This document shows positions 1 through 8,527 of a stretch of DNA of 64,000 nucleotides, one piece after another. The translations under genes and the position numbers were made by a program. Every line of letters starts with the position of its first letter. Within the stretch, counting starts at the first letter, position 1. Under the pieces are notes generated by a model. That model was given only the letters and a program-made list of their open reading frames with translations, did not search any database and was not told the origin of the DNA. This DNA comes from an uncultured Acidobacteriota bacterium. GTDB lineage: Bacteria > Acidobacteriota > Thermoanaerobaculia > Multivoradales > UBA5704. The stretch is taken from the NCBI GenBank assembly GCA_963700145.1, contig OY969474.1, positions 4,992,001 through 5,056,000 on the forward strand, given 5' to 3'.

Positions 1-176
1 ATGGATGACAGAGTGCCGACTCGCAGCGGCCGGTGTCGCGGCACCGTGACATGGTGTTCGCCGCCTTCGATGGTCGTGAGTCGCAGATGGCTGCCCGTCT
101 GGCGCGTCACCTCGTACCCCAGACGGCGGAGTGCGGCGGCCAGCTCGTCGCCCGAGAGGTCGCGCGGCAGCCTCAC
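1..176 (-). CDS. hicA: HicA-family toxin (3' end outside window)
   Basis: Not in the ORF track. Minus-strand translation from GTG 176 gives MRLPRDLSGDELAAALRRLGYEVTRQTGSHLRLTT...HHVTVPRHRPLRVGTL, with the HicA GSH motif. GTGA overlap with the upstream gene's stop. Confidence 0.85.
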   Translation of the reverse strand, partial: MRLPRDLSGDELAAALRRLGYEVTRQTGSHLRLTTIEGGEHHVTVPRHRPLRVGTLSS

Positions 177-379
177 GCCACGATGACTTCTTCTCGCACG
201 AAGTGGAGGCGGATGAGCCTGGGGCGCTCGTCCTCAGCGAAATGGCAGTTGACCGCGTCGCGCACTTGCTCGTGAAGGGACGAGAGGTCGTCGGCCTCGG
301 TGAAGATCGCCTCACCGAGAGCGCGCGCGATAAACCCCCCTTCGGGTGCTTCCTCGACCAGGAAGATGATTTCGGACAT
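173..379 (-). CDS. HicB-like antitoxin (short, no DNA-binding domain)
   Basis: 68 aa, EEAPEGGFIARALGEAIFTEADD...EQVRDAV resembles the HicB N-terminal fold; translationally coupled to hicA. Confidence 0.75.
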   Translation of the reverse strand: MSEIIFLVEEAPEGGFIARALGEAIFTEADDLSSLHEQVRDAVNCHFAEDERPRLIRLHFVREEVIVA

Positions 380-393
380 CGTGGCTCAGCAGA

Positions 394-675
394 TCAGCTG
401 TCGCGCGCAGTATAGATACCGCACGCGTTCGGCTGGAGCCGCCGGTAGGCAGCACGCAACCGCGCCCAAGTCTCACGCACTTGTTCGTTCTCACGGGCTG
501 TTACTTCGTCTTCAGGCAAGGGCCAGCCGTGGAGGCGACCGGCGAAGGCGACGAGGGCGAGGGCGGTGCGCACCGACCACTCGCGGTCCACGCCGCGCTC
601 GCGCCGCTCAAGCCGCTCGCGCTCCTCGGCCGCGCGCCGCGCTTCTACCCACCGCAGCAGGTCTTGGGGCTCCAC
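394..675 (-). CDS. Hypothetical helical protein
   Basis: ORF 394-696; GTG 675 preferred because TATACT (682-687) lies 6 nt upstream. No family recognised. Confidence 0.5.
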   Translation of the reverse strand: MEPQDLLRWVEARRAAEERERLERRERGVDREWSVRTALALVAFAGRLHGWPLPEDEVTARENEQVRETWARLRAAYRRLQPNACGIYTARDS

Positions 676-716
676 GGTGCGAGTATAAGGTTCCACCCGC
701 GGTAGTCTTTAGGCCC

Positions 717-1088
717 ATGCCCCGCGACGATCTCGGCCAAGCGCTCAAGCTGCTGCGGTACGTCCGCGGTTGGGAGCAGCGGCAGCTGGCGCGGGCGGCG
801 AAGGTGCGGGGGCACTGGGTGGGCGAGTACGAGAGCGGCGACCGGCGGCCCGAGCCCGAAGAGCTGCGGCGGCTGGTGGCGGCGATGGGCTTCGCGCCGG
901 ACGCCGTGGAGCGAACCCATCGGTTCCTCGCCGGCCTGCGCGAGACCGGCCCATCCGAGGCGCCGGAGGAGCGCGCCGAGGCGGCCGCCTCGCTGGCCAG
1001 CGAGCTGGAGCAGTTCGAGGCGGAGATGGCCGCCGCCGTCTCCCGTCTGAGCCGGACGATCCGCCAGCTCGCGCGCCGGGACGTCTAG
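717..1088 (+). CDS. XRE-family HTH transcriptional regulator
   Basis: LGQALKLLRYVRGWEQRQLARAAKV...VGEYESGDRRP is an HTH_3 pattern; ATG 717 follows TAGTCT by 8 nt. Confidence 0.8.
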   Translation: MPRDDLGQALKLLRYVRGWEQRQLARAAKVRGHWVGEYESGDRRPEPEELRRLVAAMGFAPDAVERTHRFLAGLRETGPSEAPEERAEAAASLASELEQFEAEMAAAVSRLSRTIRQLARRDV

Positions 1089-1112
1089 GCCGCGGACGCG
1101 CCACGACCCCCG

Positions 1113-1272
1113 CGGGCGCTCCGGGACGGAAACGGGCGCTCGCCAACCGAAACGGGCGCTCGCCAACCGAAACGGGCGCTCCCGCACCGAAACAGGCGCC
1201 CCCCAGCCGAAACGGGCGCTCCCGCACCGAAACGGGCGCCCCCCAGCCGAAACGGGCGCTCCGGGACCGAAA
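1113..1272. repeat. Tandem array A: 8 units, 20-bp period, core CCGAAACGGGCGCY plus 6 variable nt
   Basis: Directly visible. Variable hexamers: CCGGGA, CGCCAA, CGCCAA, CCCGCA, CCCCAG, CCCGCA, CCCCAG, CCGGGA. Confidence 0.95.
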
Positions 1273-1383
1273 GCGGCCTTCTGGGAGCGTCCGGCAGCTT
1301 CCAGCTCCTTCGTCGGAGCTCGAGAACGCTCTCCGCACAGCCATCCTCTTGGCCACGCTTCCGTTCCCGCCGCGGAAGCTCCC
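1273..1383. repeat. Degenerate GGAAGCTTCC-like units (relative of array B)
   Basis: GGCAGCTTCC 1293, CCACGCTTCC 1353, GGAAGCTCCC 1374 (last two 21 bp apart). Confidence 0.5.
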
Positions 1384-1436
1384 CGATCGTTGCTTTCGGG
1401 CTATCTTGCTCAGGGGTGACCAGGGAGGCCTTCCGT

Positions 1437-1682
1437 ATGGCAGAAGCGATCCTTGACCTCGACGACGCCACGGCTCGCCTGTCGCAGCTCGTCGAGCGCG
1501 CCGCGCGGGGAGAGGAGATCATCATCGCCAAGGCCGGCAAGCCGCTGGCGAAGCTGGTGCCCCTGGCGACTCGCCGCGAGCCTCGGAAGCCCGGCGGTTG
1601 GGAAGGAAAGGTGCGCATCGCCGAGGACTTCGATGCGCCCCTTCCGGACGAGCTCCAGGCGGACTTCGAAGGCCGCGAATGA
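1437..1682 (+). CDS. Phd/YefM-family antitoxin, no adjacent toxin
   Basis: LSQLVERAARGEEIIIAKAGKPLAKLVP...RKPGGWEGKVRIAEDFDAPLP; GGAGG RBS upstream of ATG 1437. Confidence 0.9.
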   Translation: MAEAILDLDDATARLSQLVERAARGEEIIIAKAGKPLAKLVPLATRREPRKPGGWEGKVRIAEDFDAPLPDELQADFEGRE

Positions 1683-1705
1683 GAGCTCCCACCTACCTCG
1701 CCACC

Positions 1706-1779
1706 GCGAGGTCAGCGCTGGATCGCGCCAGACGGCGCCAGCCTCTGTCTTGCTGAACTTGACGCCCGCGGTCGTCGCC
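1706..1779 (-). pseudogene. Decayed 74-bp copy of an internal tyrS segment
   Basis: Aligns without gaps to 4447-4520 with 10 mismatches; encodes GVKFSKTEAGAVWRDPALTS versus GVKFGKTEAGAVWLDPALTS. Confidence 0.9.
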
Positions 1780-1786
1780 GCTCGCC

Positions 1787-2158
1787 TCAGTCGACGAGCA
1801 GCCGCTCGAGGACGGCCGCGAGGGTGCGCTCGCCGAGGCCTTCGAACTCTACGAACTCGAGGCCCATGCCGCGCGGTTTCCGCCACCGGCGGCTCCAACG
1901 GACGACGGCCTTGGCGCGGATGGGGGGCTCCGCGGTGTCCGGCTCGCCTGCGCGTGGCCGGGGCTGGAACTCGAGCCAGACGAGGCTCCCCGGAGGGAAC
2001 GGGCTGCGCGTCGCCACGTACATGCCGCCGAGGCTCAGGTCCTCGGCGACGCCCTCGAGGTAGTCGCGCTCGCGGCGCTCCAGGGGGGTGCCGCGGTAGA
2101 CGACGTGCACGCCCGCCGCGACGCGGCGGTACCGCCTCCTGTCCTCGGGCCGGCTCAT
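1787..2158 (-). CDS. Single-domain PilZ protein (putative c-di-GMP binder)
   Basis: RRRYRR (RxxxR) and DLSLGG (D/NxSxxG) motifs, C-terminal GMGLEF. Confidence 0.85.
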   Translation of the reverse strand: MSRPEDRRRYRRVAAGVHVVYRGTPLERRERDYLEGVAEDLSLGGMYVATRSPFPPGSLVWLEFQPRPRAGEPDTAEPPIRAKAVVRWSRRWRKPRGMGLEFVEFEGLGERTLAAVLERLLVD

Positions 2159-2168
2159 CGCTTCTACA

Positions 2169-3896
2169 CTACTCCGCCGCCACCCGGAGCCAGGTCCACC
2201 TGCCCCTGCCGTACCAGCGGCCAGCGCGGTGCAGCTGGGCGAAGGTCGGGTCCTGGCCCGCGGCGGCGGTCCGGGTGAGGGAAACCGAGCCGCGCAGGCG
2301 CCGGGGCTCGCGGCCCGGGTCCGCCAGGACGGCGGTGAAGACGCTGTCCGTCCTCGGAACGCGGACGTAGCCGAGGAACCGCGTTCGGGAACCGTCGACC
2401 GGCAGCGTCGCCAGGCCGAAGCCGCGCAGCCGGCGGCCTCTGTCGAGCAGCACGAGGCAGGTTTCGCCGCCCGGCCGGCCCCACAGCCACCCGGAGACGC
2501 GGGCGACGCCCGGGCCGAGCGCGTCGATCCTTTCGAGGCGGCCGCCGCCGCGGCGGTCCGGCAGCGGGAAGGGACGCCCGTTCCACTCGCCGTCGCCGCC
2601 GCAAGGCAGGGTCGGGGGCGCGAACGGCTCGAGCCGCTGGGCGCGCAGGACCGGCAGGGCCCGCCGCCACGCCGCGGGGTCCACCGTGATCGCCGCGCGG
2701 ATCAGCTCTTCGTCCTCGATCCCCAGCTTGGCGCTCAGCTCGACGAGCGGCTGCAGCGCGGCGCGCTGGAGGAGCTGGGGCGCGTACAGGGCGCCGGTCC
2801 TGGCCATCGCCAGGATCATGGCGAGGCCGGCGGCGGCCCACGCGAGGCGCAGGGCCCGCCGTCTCTCTTCCTGCCGCGGCGGGTAGGCGATGAACCCGAG
2901 CTGCAGGACGGACAGCCAGAAGAGGCCGGCCACGAGCGCGTAGCGTGACGAGACCGCCCCGCGCGGACCGCCGCCGTCCCGGGCGACGGCGGCCAGCAGC
3001 GCGTTGCCGAGGGCGAACAGGGCGAGGAGCACCCACAGCCACGGCGCGCGATCGGCCGGCGCCGAGCGCAGCCGCCACGCGAAGCGCCCGGCGAGGAGCA
3101 GGCCCGCGAACGCGATCAGGCACGCCAGCTCCAGGCTGAAGGTGAAGACGCCGCCGAGGAAGCTCCCGACGTAGACCGGGACCGCCCGCAGGTCGCCGAG
3201 CGCGCCGGCCGCGGCGGGCATGCCGGCGCGATAGGCGGCCGCCAGCGCGAGGACCCCGGCGGCGTAGCCGGCAGCCACCCAGCGGGGGGCGTGCCGCGTG
3301 ACCGCGACGAGCGCCGCGGGCCACAGCGCCAGCGCCGAGCCGAAGGTCAGCGTCGCGGCGAGCCCGGCGGCGACGTGCGCGGCCAGGTCGAGCGCTCCGC
3401 CCCGCTCCAGGTAGCAGAGGAGGGCAAGGAGCGACACCACCGCGAGGAGGTTGGCCCAGCACCAGTGGACGCCGCTGAAGCCCACGATCCACACCTGGGC
3501 CGCCGCCGGCGTGAAGCAGAAGGCCGCGACGGCGGCGGCGCGCCAGAAGCCCGGGTCCTCCCCGGTGCGCGCGAGATGTCGGCAGAGCAGCGCGTACTGC
3601 GCCAGGGCGGCCAGCCAGGCGAGGAGGCCGAGGCCGACGTTGGAGCCGCGGGTCGCCAGGATGTTGAAGGCATAGAGCAGATAGCTTCCCGTCAACAGGT
3701 GTTCATTGCTGCGCGAGAGCCAGCTGGCGAGGTCGGGAGCGAAGCCGGTCGGGCCGAAGAAGCGCGGGAAGAGCCACCAATAGTCGAGGTTCGGGATCTG
3801 GCCCGAGCGCAGGACGAGGAAGAGCGCCGCGCCCGCGGCGGGCAGGGCGGCCGCCGTCCAGAGGAGAAGCCTCCGCGCCCCCGCGGGCGGCCTCAT
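2169..3896 (-). CDS. Polytopic membrane protein, possible GT-C-type glycosyltransferase
   Basis: Many hydrophobic helices, N-terminal IPNLDYW...NEH, later SSRY, and a soluble C-terminal domain; the upstream part of the listed ORF overlaps tyrS. Confidence 0.6.
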   Translation of the reverse strand: MRPPAGARRLLLWTAAALPAAGAALFLVLRSGQIPNLDYWWLFPRFFGPTGFAPDLASWLSRSNEHLLTGSYLLYAFNILATRGSNVGLGLLAWLAALAQYALLCRHLARTGEDPGFWRAAAVAAFCFTPAAAQVWIVGFSGVHWCWANLLAVVSLLALLCYLERGGALDLAAHVAAGLAATLTFGSALALWPAALVAVTRHAPRWVAAGYAAGVLALAAAYRAGMPAAAGALGDLRAVPVYVGSFLGGVFTFSLELACLIAFAGLLLAGRFAWRLRSAPADRAPWLWVLLALFALGNALLAAVARDGGGPRGAVSSRYALVAGLFWLSVLQLGFIAYPPRQEERRRALRLAWAAAGLAMILAMARTGALYAPQLLQRAALQPLVELSAKLGIEDEELIRAAITVDPAAWRRALPVLRAQRLEPFAPPTLPCGGDGEWNGRPFPLPDRRGGGRLERIDALGPGVARVSGWLWGRPGGETCLVLLDRGRRLRGFGLATLPVDGSRTRFLGYVRVPRTDSVFTAVLADPGREPRRLRGSVSLTRTAAAGQDPTFAQLHRAGRWYGRGRWTWLRVAAE

Positions 3897-3910
3897 CGCG
3901 TGCTCGAGGA

Positions 3911-5185
3911 CTACCCCGCCACCCGCACGAGGTGGTAGTCGCGCTTGCCCTTGCGCAGCACCAGCAGCTCGCCGCCGAGCGTGTCGTCGAGGGTGACGGC
4001 CTTGCGCTCGTCGGCGACGCGGCGGTTGTTGAGGTAGACGCCGCCCTGCTGGAGGGCGCGCCGCGCCTCGCCTTTCGAGGCCGCCAGGCCGGCGCTGACC
4101 AGCAGGTCCACGAGCGGCACGCCGGCGCCCGCGAGCTGCGCCTTCCCGACCGCGCTCGACGGCACGTCGGCGAAGACCTCCAGCACGTCGCGCGGCTCGA
4201 GCTCCGCCACCTCCTCGCCGAACAGCACCCGCGTCGCCCGCTCGGCGCGCGCGAGGTCGCTCTCGCCGTGGAGCATGCGCGTCACCTCGGCCGCCAGCCG
4301 GCGCTGCGCCTCGCGCTTCTCGGGGGCGGTCCGCGCCTGCTCCTCCAGCGCCGCGATCTCCTCCCGCCCCAGCCAGGTGAAGAACTTGAGATACGGCACG
4401 ACGTCCCGGTCGTCGGTCTGCACCCAGAACTGGTAGAAGCGGAAGGGCGAGGTCAGCGCCGGGTCGAGCCAGACGGCGCCGGCCTCGGTCTTGCCGAACT
4501 TGACCCCCGAGGCCGTCGTCACCAGCGGGAAGACCACGCCGTGCGCCGCCTCCCGCCGCTGCCGCCGGATCAGGTCGATGCCGGCGACGATGTTGCCCCA
4601 CTGGTCGCTCCCCCCCATCTGCAGGCGGCAGCCGTAGCGGTCGTGGAGGGTGAGGAAGTCGTAGGCCTGGAGCAGCATGTAGCTGAATTCGGTGAAGGAG
4701 ATCCCCTCCTCGCCGTCGAGCCGCCGCCGGACCGACTCCTTGCCGAGCATGGCGCCGACCCCGAAGTGCTTGCCGACGTCGCGCAGGAAGTCCATCAGCG
4801 ACAGCTCGCACAGCCAGTCGGCGTTGTCGACGATGCGCGCCGGGTTGCCGCGGGCCTCGAAGTCGAGGACGCGCTCGAGCTGGCCGCGGATCCCGGCCAG
4901 GTTCTCCCGCACCTTCTCGCGCGTCAGGAGCTGCCGCTCCGCGGTCTTGCCGCTGGGGTCGCCGATCAGCCCGGTGCCGCCGCCGACGACGGCGATCGGC
5001 GAGTGGCCGAAGCGCTGCAGGCGCGCCAGGCCCATCGCCGGCAGCAGCGACCCGACGTGCAGGGAGGCCGCCGTCGGGTCGAAGCCGATGTAGCCGGTCA
5101 GCGTCTCCTCCGCGAGCGCCCGCTCCGCGTCCTCGGTGGCGCCGTGGACCAGGCCGCGCCAGGCCAGCTCGTCGTAGAGGCTCAT
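3911..5185 (-). CDS. tyrS: Tyrosine--tRNA ligase
   Basis: GFDPTAASLHVG (HIGH-like), GGSDQWGNI, KFGKT (KMSKS-like), C-terminal S4 domain. Confidence 0.98.
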   Translation of the reverse strand: MSLYDELAWRGLVHGATEDAERALAEETLTGYIGFDPTAASLHVGSLLPAMGLARLQRFGHSPIAVVGGGTGLIGDPSGKTAERQLLTREKVRENLAGIRGQLERVLDFEARGNPARIVDNADWLCELSLMDFLRDVGKHFGVGAMLGKESVRRRLDGEEGISFTEFSYMLLQAYDFLTLHDRYGCRLQMGGSDQWGNIVAGIDLIRRQRREAAHGVVFPLVTTASGVKFGKTEAGAVWLDPALTSPFRFYQFWVQTDDRDVVPYLKFFTWLGREEIAALEEQARTAPEKREAQRRLAAEVTRMLHGESDLARAERATRVLFGEEVAELEPRDVLEVFADVPSSAVGKAQLAGAGVPLVDLLVSAGLAASKGEARRALQQGGVYLNNRRVADERKAVTLDDTLGGELLVLRKGKRDYHLVRVAG

Positions 5186-5973
5186 CCCCCCTCCCCGGTG
5201 TAGAACGCCTCCACCAGCTCCCGCGCCCGCGCCGCGTCCTCGCCCGGGTCGTCGATCCGCCCGAAGAGGGTGCGCCGGGTCAGCCGCAGGGTCTCGAGGT
5301 CGCGCTCCTGGAGAAGCTTGGCGATCTCGGCGATGGCACGCCCGCCGGGCCCCTCGTGCGGGTGCCGCTCGTGCTCGCGCTCGAGGAGCACCATCGCCAG
5401 GATCAGCGACTCGGGGAACTCCTCGCCTCCGATCCCGGCGCCCGCGCCGGCGTCTTCAGGGCGCTCCTCTTCGGGCGCCGTTCCCGCCGCCGCCGGCAGC
5501 TCAGCCGCCGGCTCCGCCCGCGCCTCGCTCCCGAACGGCAGCGAGCGCACCTGGTGGGCGAAGCGGGAGAAGAAGCCGAAGAGCTCGCGCTCGGAGGAGA
5601 AGTTGCCGACCAGCCGGGCGCCGCGCCCCACCTCCAGGCGCTGGGTCTCCTGCAGGACGACGTTGGCGCGCGCCCCGTCCTCGAGCTGCAGCGAGCGGGC
5701 GACGACCTTCCAGGCGGTCAGCGTCCCCTCGACGTAGCAGGTCTCGGCGCAGCGCACCGTCACTGCCTCGACCTGCACGCCGCGCTCGACGCGCACCGAG
5801 CCGTGCAGTGATTCCAGCGTGCCGTAGCGGCCGGAGTTCTGGAGCACCAGGTTGCCGGGGCTCTGGATGCAGAGCTGGCCTTCGGGATCGACGCCGATGC
5901 GCGCCCCCGCCGGCACGATCATCGTCGGCGCGCTGTCGCGCTCCCGGCGGTCGCGGCGCCTGCCGAAGGGCAT
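5182..5973 (-). CDS. Bactofilin-like beta-helix protein with helical C-terminal extension
   Basis: Repetitive beta-helix pattern (TCYVEGTLTAWKVVARSLQLEDGARAN...LEVGRGARLVGNF) directly downstream of an M23 peptidase, a common pairing. Confidence 0.55.
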   Translation of the reverse strand: MPFGRRRDRRERDSAPTMIVPAGARIGVDPEGQLCIQSPGNLVLQNSGRYGTLESLHGSVRVERGVQVEAVTVRCAETCYVEGTLTAWKVVARSLQLEDGARANVVLQETQRLEVGRGARLVGNFSSERELFGFFSRFAHQVRSLPFGSEARAEPAAELPAAAGTAPEEERPEDAGAGAGIGGEEFPESLILAMVLLEREHERHPHEGPGGRAIAEIAKLLQERDLETLRLTRRTLFGRIDDPGEDAARARELVEAFYTGEGG

Positions 5974-5985
5974 CCGCAGGGCTCT

Positions 5986-7056
5986 CTACCTGCGGAAAGC
6001 GGCCGGCAGCGCCGGCAGCTCGGCGCCGCCGGGCGGCCGGCCGGCGCGCACGACGAGCCGCTCGTCGTCGCGCCAGCGGTGGTCGAGCATGAAGAGGCGG
6101 GGGTCGAGCGGCTGCGGGTCGCCGCTGGCGTCGCGGCGCCGCACCTCGTAGTGCAGGTGGGGGCTGGTGCTCCAGCCGGTGTTGCCGACGGTGGCGAGGA
6201 CCTCGCCGCGCCGCACCTTCTGGCCGCGCCGCACCATGATCTCCTGGCAGTGGCCGTAGAGGGTGAGGAAGCGCTCGCCGTGGCGGACGGCCACCAGCTC
6301 GCCGAGCCGCCACCAGTGGATGCCGGACATGGGATACCGGCCGGCGAAGACGACCGTGCCGTCGGCCGGGGCCACGATCGGGCTCCCCGGCGGCGCCGCC
6401 AGGTCCACCCCGGTGTGGAACTGCAGCTCGTCGGTGTACGTGTTGCGCCGCCGGCCGAAGGGCGAGAGCAGCACGAAGTCGACGCCGCGCAGCGGGCAGA
6501 GCGCCGGGGTGGCCGGCGCCGCGCCGGCGTCGGCCCGCTCGTGCGCCGCGACCCGGCCGACCAGCGCGCCGGTCGCCGCCAGCTCGCCGCGCACCCGCCG
6601 CGCCAGCCGCCGCCCGTGCTGGATGGTGCCCGCGTAGATCGACTCCGGTGCCGGCACGATCACCGCGGCCGGCGGCGGCGCGGCGCCCTCCGGCACGCCG
6701 TAGGCGAGGCCCACCTTCTGCACCTGGAGGCGCAGGTCGCCGGCGCGCCCGCGCGCCTCCTCCATCTGTCCGACCAGGGCCTGCAGCCGCTCCCCCTGCC
6801 GCGCCCGCTCGGCGAGGAGCCGCTGCACGTCGTGGGCGCCCAGGAAGGCGCCGACGACGCGCGGCGCGACGCCGAGGCCGAGGGCCAGGACGGCGACGCA
6901 GGCGAGCGCCGCCAGGCACCAGGCGGTCAGGTGGGCGCGCGACAGGAAGTAGTAGCGGACGCGCCGGCGGATGTCGCCGGGGTGGACCTGGACCTCCAGG
7001 CGCCAGGGGCCGGGCGGCGCCGGCGCGCCCTCGCGCGCCGCGCGGGCGGCCCTCAT
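5986..7056 (-). CDS. M23 family metallopeptidase
   Basis: HTGVD (HxxxD), YGH and STSPHLHYEV motifs; TM helix and coiled coil. ATG 7056 overlaps the suhB stop. Confidence 0.92.
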   Translation of the reverse strand: MRAARAAREGAPAPPGPWRLEVQVHPGDIRRRVRYYFLSRAHLTAWCLAALACVAVLALGLGVAPRVVGAFLGAHDVQRLLAERARQGERLQALVGQMEEARGRAGDLRLQVQKVGLAYGVPEGAAPPPAAVIVPAPESIYAGTIQHGRRLARRVRGELAATGALVGRVAAHERADAGAAPATPALCPLRGVDFVLLSPFGRRRNTYTDELQFHTGVDLAAPPGSPIVAPADGTVVFAGRYPMSGIHWWRLGELVAVRHGERFLTLYGHCQEIMVRRGQKVRRGEVLATVGNTGWSTSPHLHYEVRRRDASGDPQPLDPRLFMLDHRWRDDERLVVRAGRPPGGAELPALPAAFRR

Positions 7057-7901
7057 CGCGCGCCGGCCCCGGCGGCGGCGGGGACCGGCCGCGGATCGGC
7101 CGCTTCGACCGCCGCCTCGCTGGTGCAGCGCCCGACCGCGGCGAGGAGCGCCGCCTGCGTTCCCCGCCCGCCGGCGACGACGTTGCCGCCCTCGAAGTAG
7201 CGGTCGCCGCCGTCGAGGTCGGTGGCGGCGCCGCCGGCCTCGCGCACCAAGAGCACGCCGGCGGCGATGTCCCAGGGGGAGAGCCGGAACTCGAAGAAGC
7301 CATCGTAGACACCGGCCGCGGTATAGGCCAGGTCGAGCGCCGCCGAACCGCAGCGGCGGATCGCCCGCGCCTCCAGGAAGACTTCGCGGAAGAGCCCCAG
7401 GTAGAGGTCGAGCGTGCGGTGGGCGCGGAAGGGGAAGCCGGTGGCGAGGAAGGCGCCGCTGAGGCCGGGCCGGGCGGAGGCCCGCATCGGCCGGCCGTTC
7501 CAGCGCGCGCCGCCGCCGCGTACGGCGGTGAAGAGGTTGTCGCCGGGCGGGTCGTAGACCGCGGCGGCCAGGAGGTCCCCGCCGCGCCGGCAGGCGATCG
7601 AGATGCACCAGATCGGCAGGCCCTGGAGGAAGTTGGTGGTGCCGTCGAGCGGGTCGATCAGCCACTCGCAGTCGCTGGTGCCGGTGCCGGCGCCGCCCCC
7701 CTCCTCGGCCAGGATGCGGTGCTGCGGGAAGCGCCGCCGCACCTCGGCGACGATCGCCGCCTCGCTCTCGCGGTCGGCGCGGGTGACGAAGTCGTTCTCG
7801 CCCTTCTGCCCGATCTCCAGCCCGGCGTCGCGGAAGTAGCGGCGCAGCACCTCCGCCCCCACGCGGCAGCCGGCCGTCGCGGCGTCGAGCAACTCGTCCA
7901 T
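7053..7901 (-). CDS. suhB: Inositol monophosphatase family protein
   Basis: WLIDPLDGTTNF, RRCGSAALDL and PWDIAAG motifs. Confidence 0.93.
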   Translation of the reverse strand: MDELLDAATAGCRVGAEVLRRYFRDAGLEIGQKGENDFVTRADRESEAAIVAEVRRRFPQHRILAEEGGGAGTGTSDCEWLIDPLDGTTNFLQGLPIWCISIACRRGGDLLAAAVYDPPGDNLFTAVRGGGARWNGRPMRASARPGLSGAFLATGFPFRAHRTLDLYLGLFREVFLEARAIRRCGSAALDLAYTAAGVYDGFFEFRLSPWDIAAGVLLVREAGGAATDLDGGDRYFEGGNVVAGGRGTQAALLAAVGRCTSEAAVEAADPRPVPAAAGAGAR

Positions 7902-7937
7902 GGGCGGAAGTATGGCAGGACGCCCGGCACACCAGGA

Positions 7938-7963
7938 CGCCCGGCACGTAGGCCGGGCGCTAC
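7938..7963 (-). repeat. GTAG-type REP copy 1 (GTAGCGCCCGGCCTACGTGCCGGGCG)
   Basis: GTAG followed by an 8-bp stem hairpin; identical to the copies at 22361 and 60090. Partial extra arm at 7921. Confidence 0.9.
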
Positions 7964-8472
7964 GAGGCTTGCCCAACCACCTGGATGAGGTTCACGACCT
8001 CGCGCACCCCCGGGGTGCGCCGCGCCAGGTCCTCGGCCTCCTCGCGCTGGTGGGCGGTCTCGACCTTGCCGTTGAGGGTCACCCGCCCGTCGACGGTGTC
8101 GACGTCGATGTGCAGGGCGTTGACGTCGGGATCGGCGGCAAGGCGCGCCTTGACCCGGACGGAGATCTCGGCGTCGTCGAGGATGTCGCGGGCGATCGGC
8201 TCGATCTCCCGCGCCGCCTTGTCGAGGCTCTTCTCGATGTTCTCGGCGCCGCGCTCGAGGCCCTCCTCCAGGCGCGCGCCGGCCTCGTCGGCGCGGTCGC
8301 CCAGCTCGCGCGCCTGCTCTTCGGCTTTCGCGTCCGCCGCTTCCAGCTCGGCGTCCGCCCGCTCCACCTGGCGCTCGGTGCAGGCGAGCTGCGCCGCGGC
8401 GCCGGCGGCGAGGAGCGCCGCCAGGACCCAACGGAGACACGGGGAGCCATGGATGGCTCGTCGATCACTCAT
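7960..8472 (-). CDS. BON-domain (OsmY-like) lipoprotein
   Basis: Lipobox-like AQLAC, then DDAEISVRVKARL...IDVDTVDGRVTLNG...PGVREVVNLI. Start chosen downstream of the sigma54-like site. Confidence 0.88.
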   Translation of the reverse strand: MSDRRAIHGSPCLRWVLAALLAAGAAAQLACTERQVERADAELEAADAKAEEQARELGDRADEAGARLEEGLERGAENIEKSLDKAAREIEPIARDILDDAEISVRVKARLAADPDVNALHIDVDTVDGRVTLNGKVETAHQREEAEDLARRTPGVREVVNLIQVVGQAS

Positions 8473-8500
8473 CGTTTTCACGCTCATCCCGCTCGCAGGA

Positions 8501-8516
8501 TGCACCTCATGTGCCA
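8501..8516 (-). promoter_or_regulatory. Sigma54-like -24/-12 promoter
   Basis: TGGCAC-ATGAG-GTGCA, GG-N10-GC, one mismatch to TGGCAC-N5-TTGCW. Confidence 0.6.
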
Positions 8517-8527
8517 CCGCGGCGCCC

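Noticed and set aside
645-1456. ORFs reading through array A as repeat proteins
   Set aside because: A 20-bp period is not a multiple of three, and the ORFs overlap the real XRE gene.
1706-1779. DGR template/variable repeat pair with tyrS
   Set aside because: Mismatches are not adenine-specific and there is no reverse transcriptase.
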